From IMG/VR virus record IMGVR_UViG_3300032335_000094, positions 1-37,839 of that record: DNA of 37,839 nt. The stretch is one strand, 5' to 3'. The position numbers and the translations under genes were made by a program. The stretch comes from a virus. Lineage: Duplodnaviria; Caudoviricetes. Position 1 is the stretch's first letter. Each line of letters begins with the position of its first letter. The notes beneath the pieces were generated by a model. That model saw only the letters and a program-made list of their open reading frames with translations. It was not told the origin of the DNA and ran no database searches. Of this stretch, positions 1 through 7,286 are shown piece by piece.

Positions 1-425
1 CTATCCATAGCCCCGTACCACGCTCCAAGTTGCGCCAACATCAACTCAGCAAGCTCTTTGTCTACGGGTTCATCTTCGTTGACGGAACCATATCGAATCT
101 GGTCACCTTCAATGAAGTAAAACATTGCAGGGATGGGGCGCAAACGTGTTCCAGATGGGCCTTTCCACATGGACACAGAAATACCCTCGTCTGGGTCTTC
201 TCCCGCCACCAGCATCAAAACCTCGTAGCTTGGGTGGTGGCTTGTCTTACCCTGCCACGCAACAAAACATTTGTTGAACGGTGGTCTATGCGTCATCACC
301 GGATCAAGGTTGGCTCTTTGCTTATCTCCAACTGCGCCAGTCATGTCAAACCATTTCATGTCAACAATATCGACTCCAGCGTCAGCCATCAATTTCATTG
401 AGGAACGAATAAGTTGGGTGGTCAT
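1..425 (-). CDS. Hypothetical phage protein, partial (runs off left edge)
   Basis: Hand translation MTTQLIRSSMKLMADAGVDIVDMKWFD...; ATG at 425 overlaps the stop of the upstream ORF (ATGA); no stop before base 1; absent from the ORF track. Confidence 0.8.
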   Translation of the reverse strand, partial: MTTQLIRSSMKLMADAGVDIVDMKWFDMTGAVGDKQRANLDPVMTHRPPFNKCFVAWQGKTSHHPSYEVLMLVAGEDPDEGISVSMWKGPSGTRLRPIPAMFYFIEGDQIRYGSVNEDEPVDKELAELMLAQLGAWYGAMD

Positions 426-571
426 GTGTTCCCCCTAAAGTATTTCCAGACTTTGAACACGGTGTACGGGATAAACCAGATTGGCAGTGTCAAGAGAACC
501 AAGCTCACAATGACCATAAGCCACGCATACTCCATGAACCACAAAACTGTTTCGGTAAAAGTGTCGGTCAT
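422..571 (-). CDS. Small membrane protein (49 aa)
   Basis: MTDTFTETVLWFMEYAWLMVIVSLVLLTLPIWFIPY..., hydrophobic; ATGA overlaps at both ends. Confidence 0.7.
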   Translation of the reverse strand: MTDTFTETVLWFMEYAWLMVIVSLVLLTLPIWFIPYTVFKVWKYFRGNT

Positions 572-1164
572 GTGTTGAGTTCCTTGAGTTTGGCTAAAGC
601 CCAGCGCACTGCGCATTCACGATCTCCAGTCGAACATTCTCCAGTTACAGGGTCAATATAGCTTTCCCAGCAAGCCTCATGAATCTGCTCGTCCGTCAGG
701 TGTACCCATGTGCGCTGTGCTGCGGGTGGGGTGGTCAGTTGCAAATGGCAATCGTCCTCCGCTGCGACCAGCGCAACCCAGCGGCCAGACAATTCCTTCG
801 GCAGACTATTGATGCACACGCCATATGGGGACTCGGACGTTTTGAACCGTGTACCGTTGGCAAGGAACTTCACCGGCTCCTGCGCAGGTGCTGACCTGCC
901 CCACCGCTCCAGCGGTACGCCTTTGGGGTGCTGGTCATCAACAACGGTAACTTTGTAGTCAGGCTCATAGTCCAGCCCCAACTCTCTGGCGTTCTCTGCC
1001 TTTTTGTCGAGGGCTTCGTTCCGCAGCGCTGCTTGCTGCACGTCGTAGTCGCTCTTCCAGTTCTTGTACCGCACCTCGCACAAAGCGCAGCCGCACTTCC
1101 AGTCGTATTCGTCAGGGTCAGAGATCATCCCCTCGCCCTTGATGGGTGCTTCGTCTTTGGTCAT
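568..1164 (-). CDS. Hypothetical mosaic phage protein
   Basis: Start MTKDEAP at an ATGA overlap; CxCxxC, ALDKKAENARELGLDYEP, PAQEPV and RTWVHLTDEQI segments. Confidence 0.8.
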   Translation of the reverse strand: MTKDEAPIKGEGMISDPDEYDWKCGCALCEVRYKNWKSDYDVQQAALRNEALDKKAENARELGLDYEPDYKVTVVDDQHPKGVPLERWGRSAPAQEPVKFLANGTRFKTSESPYGVCINSLPKELSGRWVALVAAEDDCHLQLTTPPAAQRTWVHLTDEQIHEACWESYIDPVTGECSTGDRECAVRWALAKLKELNT

Positions 1165-1370
1165 TTGGCATCCTTCCATTTCCAGCCAAGCAACTGCTCG
1201 GTGTTTTTGATCTGTTCATCAGTTGGCTTGCTATACATTGCAAATTGCGTGTTCCATACGCCTTGCGGGTCAAGTATCCAATAACCAACTGGCTCTGGCG
1301 GTTTGGCAGAAGTGTATTCACCAACGGGCGCTGCGATTGGCTTGTAGCCTTTCCAAAAGTCATTGCTCAT
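1161..1370 (-). CDS. Hypothetical protein
   Basis: MSNDFWKGYK..., ATGA-coupled at both ends. Confidence 0.75.
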   Translation of the reverse strand: MSNDFWKGYKPIAAPVGEYTSAKPPEPVGYWILDPQGVWNTQFAMYSKPTDEQIKNTEQLLGWKWKDAK

Positions 1371-1699
1371 ACCCCACCCCCTCTTCTCTTTGCGCACGGC
1401 CACACCGGCTCCAAAATGGAATAAATGATGATGTCGGCAGGGAGATGCCGGATGGCTGGGGTATCAACCAGCCTGTTCCGTACCATGTCGCTTATCTGCC
1501 CCGCCGTTACGTTTGACGGAGGGCAGAAGTTCACGCCGTTGCCAGCGTCAGTGACCCCCATGACGTAACCCATAGCCAACCCACTCCTGTAGTTGGCGGG
1601 TTCTTGCATCTCCGTCAGGAGCTGGTTTCCCGTCCTGAACTGCGCCTGAGCAGAGCAAGACAGCAACAGCCCTGACAAGATCAGCGCTGCGGCTTTCAT
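1367..1699 (-). CDS. Rap1a/Tai-family immunity-like secreted protein
   Basis: Signal peptide (MKAAALILSGLLLSCSAQA), then TGNQLL, GYVMGVTD, FCPPSNVTAGQI, P-x-x-RHLPA and C-terminal WPC, matching the Rap1a family pattern. Confidence 0.8.
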   Translation of the reverse strand: MKAAALILSGLLLSCSAQAQFRTGNQLLTEMQEPANYRSGLAMGYVMGVTDAGNGVNFCPPSNVTAGQISDMVRNRLVDTPAIRHLPADIIIYSILEPVWPCAKRRGGGV

Positions 1700-1977
1700 G
1701 CTGCGTGCTCGATGGCTTGGAGTTCAGAGATCCGTGCGTTGATCTCGGTCACGGTCTTCTGGTAGTCAGCCATGATCTTTTGCTTATGCTTTTGCAACGC
1801 CTCGATCTTCTGTGCGCGAGGATCGTAGTTGTCAGGCACATTGATCTCGATCTCTTGCTCACCCACGTAGGTGCGATGCTCGGTGTCGGAAGTTTTGAAC
1901 GACAAAACTTCGTAGATGCCACTTTCATCCCAAGAATACTGGGTGTGGTAGATGTGAATGATGGTTTTGATCTTCAT
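1696..1977 (-). CDS. Hypothetical protein with C-terminal coiled coil
   Basis: 93-aa ORF, RBS AAGGAG, ATGA-coupled downstream. Confidence 0.8.
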   Translation of the reverse strand: MKIKTIIHIYHTQYSWDESGIYEVLSFKTSDTEHRTYVGEQEIEINVPDNYDPRAQKIEALQKHKQKIMADYQKTVTEINARISELQAIEHAA

Positions 1978-1991
1978 GATTGCTCCTTGAT

Positions 1992-2005
1992 GGGGCCGAA
2001 GCCCC
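1992..2005 (-). other. GC hairpin with cUUCGg tetraloop, no U-tract
   Basis: Minus strand GGGGC-TTCG-GCCCC between a stop codon and the next RBS; more likely an RNA stability or processing hairpin than a terminator. Confidence 0.6.
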
Positions 2006-2011
2006 GTGGGT

Positions 2012-2308
2012 TTAACGTGTGGTGGTTTTGACAGAGAAGACAGCAGTGATCTTGGTGTTGTCGATGATTACGTCCTCAGGGATGTTGCAGATCTTCTGGA
2101 TGGCTTTCCAGTCAACAGTCTTGCGGTTAGCCTCGACCACCGTAGCCTTGAAGAGGTTGCCCTCAAACACGTTGCTTGCGCCAGCGAGTGTGGCGGCGTC
2201 TTTGATGCTGGCCTTGATAGCGTCAGCCTTTGCTTCCAGCTCTGCGATTTGAGCCAAGATCAAACCCAGTTGGTCAACTTGGGTCAGAGCGATGTCGTTT
2301 GCGTTCAT
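2012..2308 (-). CDS. Hypothetical protein (98 aa)
   Basis: Start MNANDIALTQVDQLG with RBS GAAAGGA; the longer ORF-track start crosses an intergenic promoter region and the upstream gene. Confidence 0.8.
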   Translation of the reverse strand: MNANDIALTQVDQLGLILAQIAELEAKADAIKASIKDAATLAGASNVFEGNLFKATVVEANRKTVDWKAIQKICNIPEDVIIDNTKITAVFSVKTTTR

Positions 2309-2340
2309 GATCAGGTTCCTTTCAGTTACACAGCGTCTTT

Positions 2341-2401
2341 GCTGTAGGTGTATTTGAACACAAAATTCAAGATACAACAATACCCACACAAAATATTGGG
2401 T
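2341..2401 (-). promoter_or_regulatory. Putative promoter region with operator-like palindrome TTGAA-N7-TTCAA (2354-2370) and ACCC-N12-GGGT box (2381-2401)
   Basis: AT-rich intergenic DNA; both motifs recur at 7509-7568; exact -35/-10 boxes ambiguous. Confidence 0.6.
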
Positions 2402-2673
2402 TATTGGTTCATCAGCCTCTCGATGGTGACGTTCAGCGCCTTGAGTTCGTCCATCTTCCGAACGAGCCATGCGCGTTTTTGCCCGTGGATTCCAAGAAGG
2501 CTCCCTCTGTGACAATCAGCGCAAAGTGGCATTGAAGTAAACCACTGCCCCTGATTGATCTCGTGGCACTCGCTGGGACCAGAGGCACCGCACACAACGC
2601 AGTCCATCTCCTTGAGCTGAGCAACATGCCTACGCTCTGCTGCCGTCATGGTTGGTTTATTTTTACTCTGCAT
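2401..2673 (-). CDS. Ref/DUF968-like small zinc-binding HNH-type nuclease
   Basis: AERRHVAQLKEMDCVVCG...ECHEI...MPLCADCHRG..GIHG. Confidence 0.7.
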   Translation of the reverse strand: MQSKNKPTMTAAERRHVAQLKEMDCVVCGASGPSECHEINQGQWFTSMPLCADCHRGSLLGIHGQKRAWLVRKMDELKALNVTIERLMNQ

Positions 2674-3181
2674 TTAAATGCCTCCAACTCTCTCTGTTGA
2701 TTATTCTTTTTGCATTGGTCAGACTCAAGCCATATTGCTGAACAGCTTGTTTTGGACTCAGGCCGAGCCTTCTTATTGAGAGAACAACCTCGCTGGTCAA
2801 TTTGACGTTGTTGGCCCTCTCGCCAACTTGCCATGTGCCGTGCAGTTTTTTATCTTGGTGGTTGCCAGATCTTGTGTCCCACCGAAGGTTGCCGACATTG
2901 CAGTTCAGTCGGTTGCCATCGTTGTGACAGGCCTCCAACCCATCAGGCCTCACGCCTTTGAAGGCTTCAAGAACAACCTTGTGCAGAAAAATTTGTTTTC
3001 TTTTCCCGGGGCTAGTCAAGTTGACAACGTAATAACCTCGACTCCCGAGTATTGGGGCAACAATCGCTCCCCCCATCCATTTTTTGTTTCTGCTGTTTTG
3101 GCGTGCAAAAGATCTGACTTTGCCGTCAAAGCTAACCTCATAAAACTCTTCAAAACCCAAGACAGGTTTCCAAATTTCCAT
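2663..3181 (-). CDS. NUMOD4-HNH homing endonuclease
   Basis: MEIWKPVLGFEEFYEVSFDGKVRS (NUMOD4); LHKVVLEAF...ACHNDGNRLNCNVGNLRWDTRSGN (HNH); C-terminal KLT..V..IR DNA-binding helix; RBS GAGG. Confidence 0.92.
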   Translation of the reverse strand: MEIWKPVLGFEEFYEVSFDGKVRSFARQNSRNKKWMGGAIVAPILGSRGYYVVNLTSPGKRKQIFLHKVVLEAFKGVRPDGLEACHNDGNRLNCNVGNLRWDTRSGNHQDKKLHGTWQVGERANNVKLTSEVVLSIRRLGLSPKQAVQQYGLSLTNAKRIINRESWRHLNAE

Positions 3182-3211
3182 GTTGAACCTCACATGCGAA
3201 CCAAAAAGAGT

Positions 3212-3259
3212 GTGGCAGGCAGTGGTTCAATCTGCTTTTCCCCCGCTAAAGGTAGCCAC
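3212..3259 (-). ncRNA. Putative structured cis-regulatory RNA, copy 1 (leader of the HNH gene)
   Basis: GTGGC-TA-CCTT-TAGC-GGGG-GAAAA-GCAG-ATTGAACCA-CTGC-CT-GCCAC; three stems covary with the copy at 7225-7280. Confidence 0.75.
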
Positions 3260-3267
3260 GTTGAATT

Positions 3268-3615
3268 CTACAGCGTAGCCTTCATGATGTTTCGGCTGCT
3301 AGTTTCTTGTGATCGCCAAACCTCGATTCGGGCTTGGGCGGCTATCAGCATCCACCGCAGGCGTTCGCGCCTCTCTACGGCTTGTTTGAGGGCTTCTAGA
3401 TGGTTCTTGTACCGCTCACTGGCGTAAGCCTCACGCTCTTGCATGACAGCGGTCTTGCAGTCCCCTTCTATCTCCGCAATCCGCATCTGTTCGGCTTTGA
3501 TGGTCTTGCGCATCTCTTCCATGTAGATCTTTTCAGCCTCAGCCTGCGCATACTCGCCGGACTGCGCAATCATGTAGTCAACGGCGGCTTGTGGGTCAAT
3601 CAGTTTTTCGCTCAT
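3268..3615 (-). CDS. Hypothetical helical protein (weak UvsY-like resemblance)
   Basis: 115-aa coiled-coil-like ORF, ATGA-coupled upstream. Confidence 0.8.
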   Translation of the reverse strand: MSEKLIDPQAAVDYMIAQSGEYAQAEAEKIYMEEMRKTIKAEQMRIAEIEGDCKTAVMQEREAYASERYKNHLEALKQAVERRERLRWMLIAAQARIEVWRSQETSSRNIMKATL

Positions 3616-3788
3616 TTGGGGACCGCCTTGCTGTACACGGTGAACTTGCGGGACTTCTGCATTTGGGTGTTGCGCTTGGCAGCAACCGATGCCTTGAATT
3701 CCTTGGTGGCAGTTACCTCGCTGGGTCTGCGCCAGTCAAAAGCGTTTCGGGTGCTCTTGACTATCTCTGTTCCGGGCCAATAGTTCAT
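3612..3788 (-). CDS. Hypothetical basic protein (58 aa)
   Basis: Hand translation MNYWPGTEIVKSTRNAFDWRRPSEV...KAVPK; fills the gap with ATGA overlaps at both ends; below the ORF-track cutoff. Confidence 0.75.
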   Translation of the reverse strand: MNYWPGTEIVKSTRNAFDWRRPSEVTATKEFKASVAAKRNTQMQKSRKFTVYSKAVPK

Positions 3789-4255
3789 GCTGTCTCCTTC
3801 ATGGTTCTCATGCGTTTGTTGGTCAATTTCTTTCTCACAATCTCGTTGGCTTTTTCCATGTCTCTGACGGTGATCAACTCCAACTGCTCGTCATTGATCT
3901 GAATCAGCAGGTTGATGGCGCTCATCTCTTCCGCCTTCAAGATGAAACTTCCCGTATTTGATCCACGTCGCCCAACCTCAAGCAAAGCGTCCGACCCATC
4001 AAGAATCAACTCTACATATTCTTGTTTGAACCCCATGATGCACAGCGCTTCTGCTGCGTTGGCCATGTTGATCAAAAAGTTGATCTGGTCTTTGTCAGCC
4101 TGACCTCTTGTCAGAGCCGTCATGGCTCCGTGGTTTTTTATCTTGAGGTCCATGAGGTAGCTGTCATGCTCCTTGACAGGCTTGAGCCCTTCAATAACGT
4201 AAGCTACAGGGTTGATCAGCTTTGGCCTTGGCCGGTAGCTGCTCTTTTTTCTCAT
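3785..4255 (-). CDS. Hypothetical protein
   Basis: 156-aa ORF, RBS GGAGG, coupled at both ends. Confidence 0.8.
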   Translation of the reverse strand: MRKKSSYRPRPKLINPVAYVIEGLKPVKEHDSYLMDLKIKNHGAMTALTRGQADKDQINFLINMANAAEALCIMGFKQEYVELILDGSDALLEVGRRGSNTGSFILKAEEMSAINLLIQINDEQLELITVRDMEKANEIVRKKLTNKRMRTMKETA

Positions 4256-4602
4256 GCGACCTCCACGATCATCTTCCCGGGCTTGGCTCCGTACTCGCGG
4301 TAGATGGTCACAGGCTGGAACTGGCGGTCGTTGATGCCCAGCGCATCAGCCATCCCATCCAGCCCAGCCTTTGCCGCAGCGAGGCAGTTGTCGGTGTCTC
4401 TCAGGCGTTTGTCGGGCATGATGAAGGTGATAGTCAGGGCAAGGCTCTGGTCGGTGGGCTTCCAGTCCTTGAGCTGTCCCTTGGTCAGCCATGCGCTGTT
4501 GTCACGGTACAAGGTCTTGGCTTTGTGCGTCACAGTCCAGTGAGTCCCCTTGGACCTGTTGGGAAACAGGCAGGCAGGGGGGAAGTCGAGTTCGATCTTC
4601 AT
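4252..4602 (-). CDS. rusA: RusA-like Holliday junction resolvase
   Basis: MKIELDFPP...PN; PDKRLRDTDN..AAAK..LDG.ADALGINDRQF carries the RusA acidic catalytic pattern. Confidence 0.8.
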   Translation of the reverse strand: MKIELDFPPACLFPNRSKGTHWTVTHKAKTLYRDNSAWLTKGQLKDWKPTDQSLALTITFIMPDKRLRDTDNCLAAAKAGLDGMADALGINDRQFQPVTIYREYGAKPGKMIVEVA

Positions 4603-4877
4603 CACCGCATCCGGTTCATGATGGCGATGGAGGCGTTTACAAGGGCTGTAGACAGCTCTCCCTCGTCCTCTTGCTCCGCAAGGCGCTTGCACACCTCGGC
4701 ACAGGCTTGGCGCTCCATGTAGATGGCTTGCTTGGTGGTTTCAATTGCCACCTGCATGATCTCTGCCTTGCCCAGCGCCAGCGCCTCATCAAACTCGGCT
4801 TGGGTGAACATGGTGACGTGACCACCACCGGACAGAATCTGTCGAGCCAGTTGGCTCATTTCTTTTTTCTCAGACAT
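4602..4877 (-). CDS. Hypothetical protein
   Basis: 91-aa ORF with ERQACAEVC motif, RBS AAGGAG. Confidence 0.75.
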   Translation of the reverse strand: MSEKKEMSQLARQILSGGGHVTMFTQAEFDEALALGKAEIMQVAIETTKQAIYMERQACAEVCKRLAEQEDEGELSTALVNASIAIMNRMR

Positions 4878-5151
4878 TTGCTTTCTCCTTGTTCATACGC
4901 TGCCGCAGGTCATCGAGGGCGGCTTTGCCTCGTCGTTTTTCGATGTCATCGCAGACTTGCAGCCACCAAGATCTGGCGGCTGCGGACCCGACCTCGCCAA
5001 TCTTTTTCTTGTGCCGCGAGATCCACTCCCGGGCTTCGCAGTTCTTCATGTGATCTAAGGTCTCCGGTGACCCAAAGGGATCGTCGTACTGCGGACGAGG
5101 AGACGGGGCGACCCTCACGAACTGCATCGAGGTTTTTCTTGGCTTCTTCAT
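4870..5151 (-). CDS. Hypothetical protein (CEAREW...IEKRRG type); start uncertain
   Basis: Stop overlaps the start of the next gene; ATG overlaps the methyltransferase stop. Confidence 0.65.
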   Translation of the reverse strand: MKKPRKTSMQFVRVAPSPRPQYDDPFGSPETLDHMKNCEAREWISRHKKKIGEVGSAAARSWWLQVCDDIEKRRGKAALDDLRQRMNKEKANV

Positions 5152-5158
5152 AGGTCAT
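4946..5158 (-). CDS. Hypothetical protein overlapping the previous ORF in another frame
   Basis: MTYEEAKKNLDAVREG...LWVTGDL, preceded by GAGGAG. Confidence 0.5.
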   Translation of the reverse strand: MTYEEAKKNLDAVREGRPVSSSAVRRSLWVTGDLRSHEELRSPGVDLAAQEKDWRGRVRSRQILVAASLR

Positions 5159-6038
5159 AGCACTCCTCGAATAAGTCCATGGTTTTAGGGCAGCGTTGTG
5201 GAGTGACAACCTTTTTCGGCTTGACTGGCGGTTGAAGGCGCTGCTCTTGAAGCGCACCGTATTCAGGATTCAACTCGCAGCCAAGATACTGCCGTCCGTG
5301 TTGAACTGCCACGGCTGCGGTTGTCCCACTTCCCATGAACGGGTCGAGAACGATGTCGTTTGGACGACTGCCAGACAATATGCACGGCTCGATCAGCGCA
5401 GGCGGGAACGTGGCAAAGTGAGCACCCTTGTAGGGTCGTAACGCCACCTCCCATACGGACCGCTTGTTTTTCCTGCCATCAGCGCCCCAAACCCTCTCTC
5501 CCTCAGAGAATCTGTCGCCCTTGGGGTAGTCGGCGTGATAACCCTCGGCGGATTTGTTGCGCAAAGCTGGGGGAGTCTTTGCCTGCTCCTTGATTGCCTC
5601 GCTGTCAAAAAAGTATTTCCCCGACTTCGACAACAGGAAGATGTATTCATGCGCCTTGGTGCAGCGGTCACGCACTGACTCGGGCATGGGGTTGGGCTTG
5701 TGCCAGATGATGTCTTGGCGCAGCACCCAATTGTCTGCCTGCAAAGCAAGCGCCATTCTCCAAGGAATGCCAAGCAGTTGCTTCCCACTGCCATAGCTGT
5801 CCCCGATGTTCAACCACAGCGTCCCATCGTCAGCCAGCACATCCTTGACGCAGCGAAAGACCTCGACCATTGCAGCGATGTATTGCTCGGGCGTCTGTTC
5901 AAGTCCAATCTGACCTTTGTGACCGTAGTCACGCAAGCCAAAGTAAGGTGGGCTGGTCACGCAGGTTTGCACCTTGACGCCCTCAGCAGCCCACTTGCGC
6001 ATCGTTTCGCGGCAGTCACCAAATTCAATTTTGTTCAT
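5148..6038 (-). CDS. Orphan DNA methyltransferase, N6_N4_Mtase (beta class), probably N4-cytosine
   Basis: GDC, VTSPPY (motif IV) before HFATFP and VLDPFMGSGTT (motif I), then GCELNPEY. Confidence 0.95.
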   Translation of the reverse strand: MNKIEFGDCRETMRKWAAEGVKVQTCVTSPPYFGLRDYGHKGQIGLEQTPEQYIAAMVEVFRCVKDVLADDGTLWLNIGDSYGSGKQLLGIPWRMALALQADNWVLRQDIIWHKPNPMPESVRDRCTKAHEYIFLLSKSGKYFFDSEAIKEQAKTPPALRNKSAEGYHADYPKGDRFSEGERVWGADGRKNKRSVWEVALRPYKGAHFATFPPALIEPCILSGSRPNDIVLDPFMGSGTTAAVAVQHGRQYLGCELNPEYGALQEQRLQPPVKPKKVVTPQRCPKTMDLFEECYDL

Positions 6039-6444
6039 CACTGCCCCTTGTTAAGTTGGCTTTTATGTCCCGCTTGAGTTCAGCCAGCTTGGCAAGAGCC
6101 TCAGACTTGAGCATCTCCGTCCGTGCCTTCTCGTACTGGGTCTGCTGGCGCTCAATACGCATCACAGGCTTGGCAGGGATCTCAGGGCCAGCGTTGCAGG
6201 CTTTCTTGAAAGCAATGGCGGATGGAGGCATACTGATCGGTAGCTGCTCAATGGCGTACTCCAGCGAAGGTTTGTACGTCAGGAACTTGCCCAACTCCTT
6301 GCGCCAGACCGAGCGCACCAACTCAGGGTCAACTTGCTCCCAATGACGGGTGAAGCTGGCCCCGTAAACGGCACTCATGTAGCCAAAGATGTAGTCCAAA
6401 CCCTCCTCGGGCTCACAAAAATCAGTTTCCAAGTAATTTGACAT
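6025..6444 (-). CDS. Putative helicase loader, lambda P-like replication protein
   Basis: Directly downstream of the initiator; YGASFTRHW...W..EL...PPSAIAFKKAC pattern; RBS GGAGG. Confidence 0.55.
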   Translation of the reverse strand: MSNYLETDFCEPEEGLDYIFGYMSAVYGASFTRHWEQVDPELVRSVWRKELGKFLTYKPSLEYAIEQLPISMPPSAIAFKKACNAGPEIPAKPVMRIERQQTQYEKARTEMLKSEALAKLAELKRDIKANLTRGSDEQN

Positions 6445-7189
6445 TGCTGCCTCCACCGATAAGTCCACGGGTAAGGCCACTCATGACCTTTGCGTTACGG
6501 TCGCCTTGGGTCTCGAAACCACCAGAAGGCACTTTCCCGGCCTGATCTTGAGCTTTGGACAGCCAAGCATTCACAAACCTCGCAATGCCAGCGGAGGTCT
6601 TCTGCTTGGTGGGGTTTGACAAAGACCAGACCCGCATCTTCTGCAACTCAGCAACAACGTCAACGGCTGGGTAAGCCTTGGACCACTCATTGACCATCTC
6701 TTGGCTGACACCAAAACCCTTGTTGCCAAGAACGGGAACTTCGACAACCGGCTGAGAGACGCTTTGCGGCTCGACGCTAGTTTGTGTCTTGGGTTTTGTG
6801 TCTTGTGTCTTGGGTACTGTGTTATGTGTAGCATTGCGTTCGGATTGCGCTTGCAATGCGTTCGCATCACTCTTTTCCTTTTGCCAACGGACCTTTGCAC
6901 TTTCGGAGGCCTTGCGGGACTTCTCCCCAGTCTTCTCGATCTCCTTGCTGATGCGCTCTTTCCACCACCCATCAGGGGTGCGGTCGAAGAACTCTTGCAG
7001 TACGGACGCTATGCAGTCGCTATGCGAACGCATACGGATCAACTTGGAGATCTGCTCGATGTCGTCAGGGAGGGGGCGTTCGTGGAGGTAGCACCAGTCG
7101 AGCAGTCGCCGATAGGCGAGGTCTTCCAATGGCTCAAGGTGAGCTGTGTGCGACTGATAGTCGCCAATGTTGAACTGGTAATAGTGCAT
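6422..7189 (-). CDS. YdaU/DUF1376-family replication initiator (lambda O analogue)
   Basis: MHYYQFNIGDYQSHTAHLEPLEDLAYRRLLDWCYLHERPLP signature; internal iteron-like repeats. Confidence 0.9.
   Translation of the reverse strand: MHYYQFNIGDYQSHTAHLEPLEDLAYRRLLDWCYLHERPLPDDIEQISKLIRMRSHSDCIASVLQEFFDRTPDGWWKERISKEIEKTGEKSRKASESAKVRWQKEKSDANALQAQSERNATHNTVPKTQDTKPKTQTSVEPQSVSQPVVEVPVLGNKGFGVSQEMVNEWSKAYPAVDVVAELQKMRVWSLSNPTKQKTSAGIARFVNAWLSKAQDQAGKVPSGGFETQGDRNAKVMSGLTRGLIGGGSNVKLLGN
6782..6863. repeat. Putative replication origin: seven degenerate 7-mers followed by three 11-mers
   Basis: TTGTGTC TTGGGTT TTGTGTC TTGTGTC TTGGGTA CTGTGTT ATGTGTA (6782-6830); GCATTGCGTTC GGATTGCGCTT GCAATGCGTTC (6831-6863). 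Confidence 0.7.
7004..7036. repeat. Second 11-mer iteron-like array, inverted relative to 6831-6863
   Basis: GGACGCTATGC AGTCGCTATGC GAACGCATACG on plus, versus GAACGCATTGC AAGCGCAATCC GAACGCAATGC on minus in the first array. Confidence 0.55.
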
Positions 7190-7224
7190 TTTTAACCTTA
7201 CTTCATCGGTTCACTTCACTGAAG

Positions 7225-7280
7225 AAACATTGGCAGGACGGTGAAGAATCGTCTTTTCGGGAGCTACCCTAGCCACGTTT
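7225..7280 (-). ncRNA. Putative structured cis-regulatory RNA, copy 2 (leader of the replication initiator)
   Basis: AAACGTGGC-TA-GGG-TAGCT-CCC-GAAAA-GACG-ATTCTTCAC-CGTC-CT-GCCAATGTTT; same architecture as copy 1. Confidence 0.75.
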
Positions 7281-7286
7281 CAAAAA

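Noticed and set aside
30-401. 123-aa plus-strand ORF
   Set aside because: The minus-strand frame starting at 425 is coupled to the upstream gene and fits the operon direction
1992-2005. Intrinsic terminator
   Set aside because: Only a 5-bp stem, with no U-tract on the coding (minus) strand
3212-3259. Hammerhead ribozyme or tRNA interpretation of the three-stem RNA
   Set aside because: Has GAAA but lacks the CUGANGA core; no D or T loop consensus and too short for a tRNA
6782-6863. CRISPR-like or mini-array
   Set aside because: Repeats are contiguous 7- and 11-mers without unique spacers, lie inside a gene, and no cas genes are present
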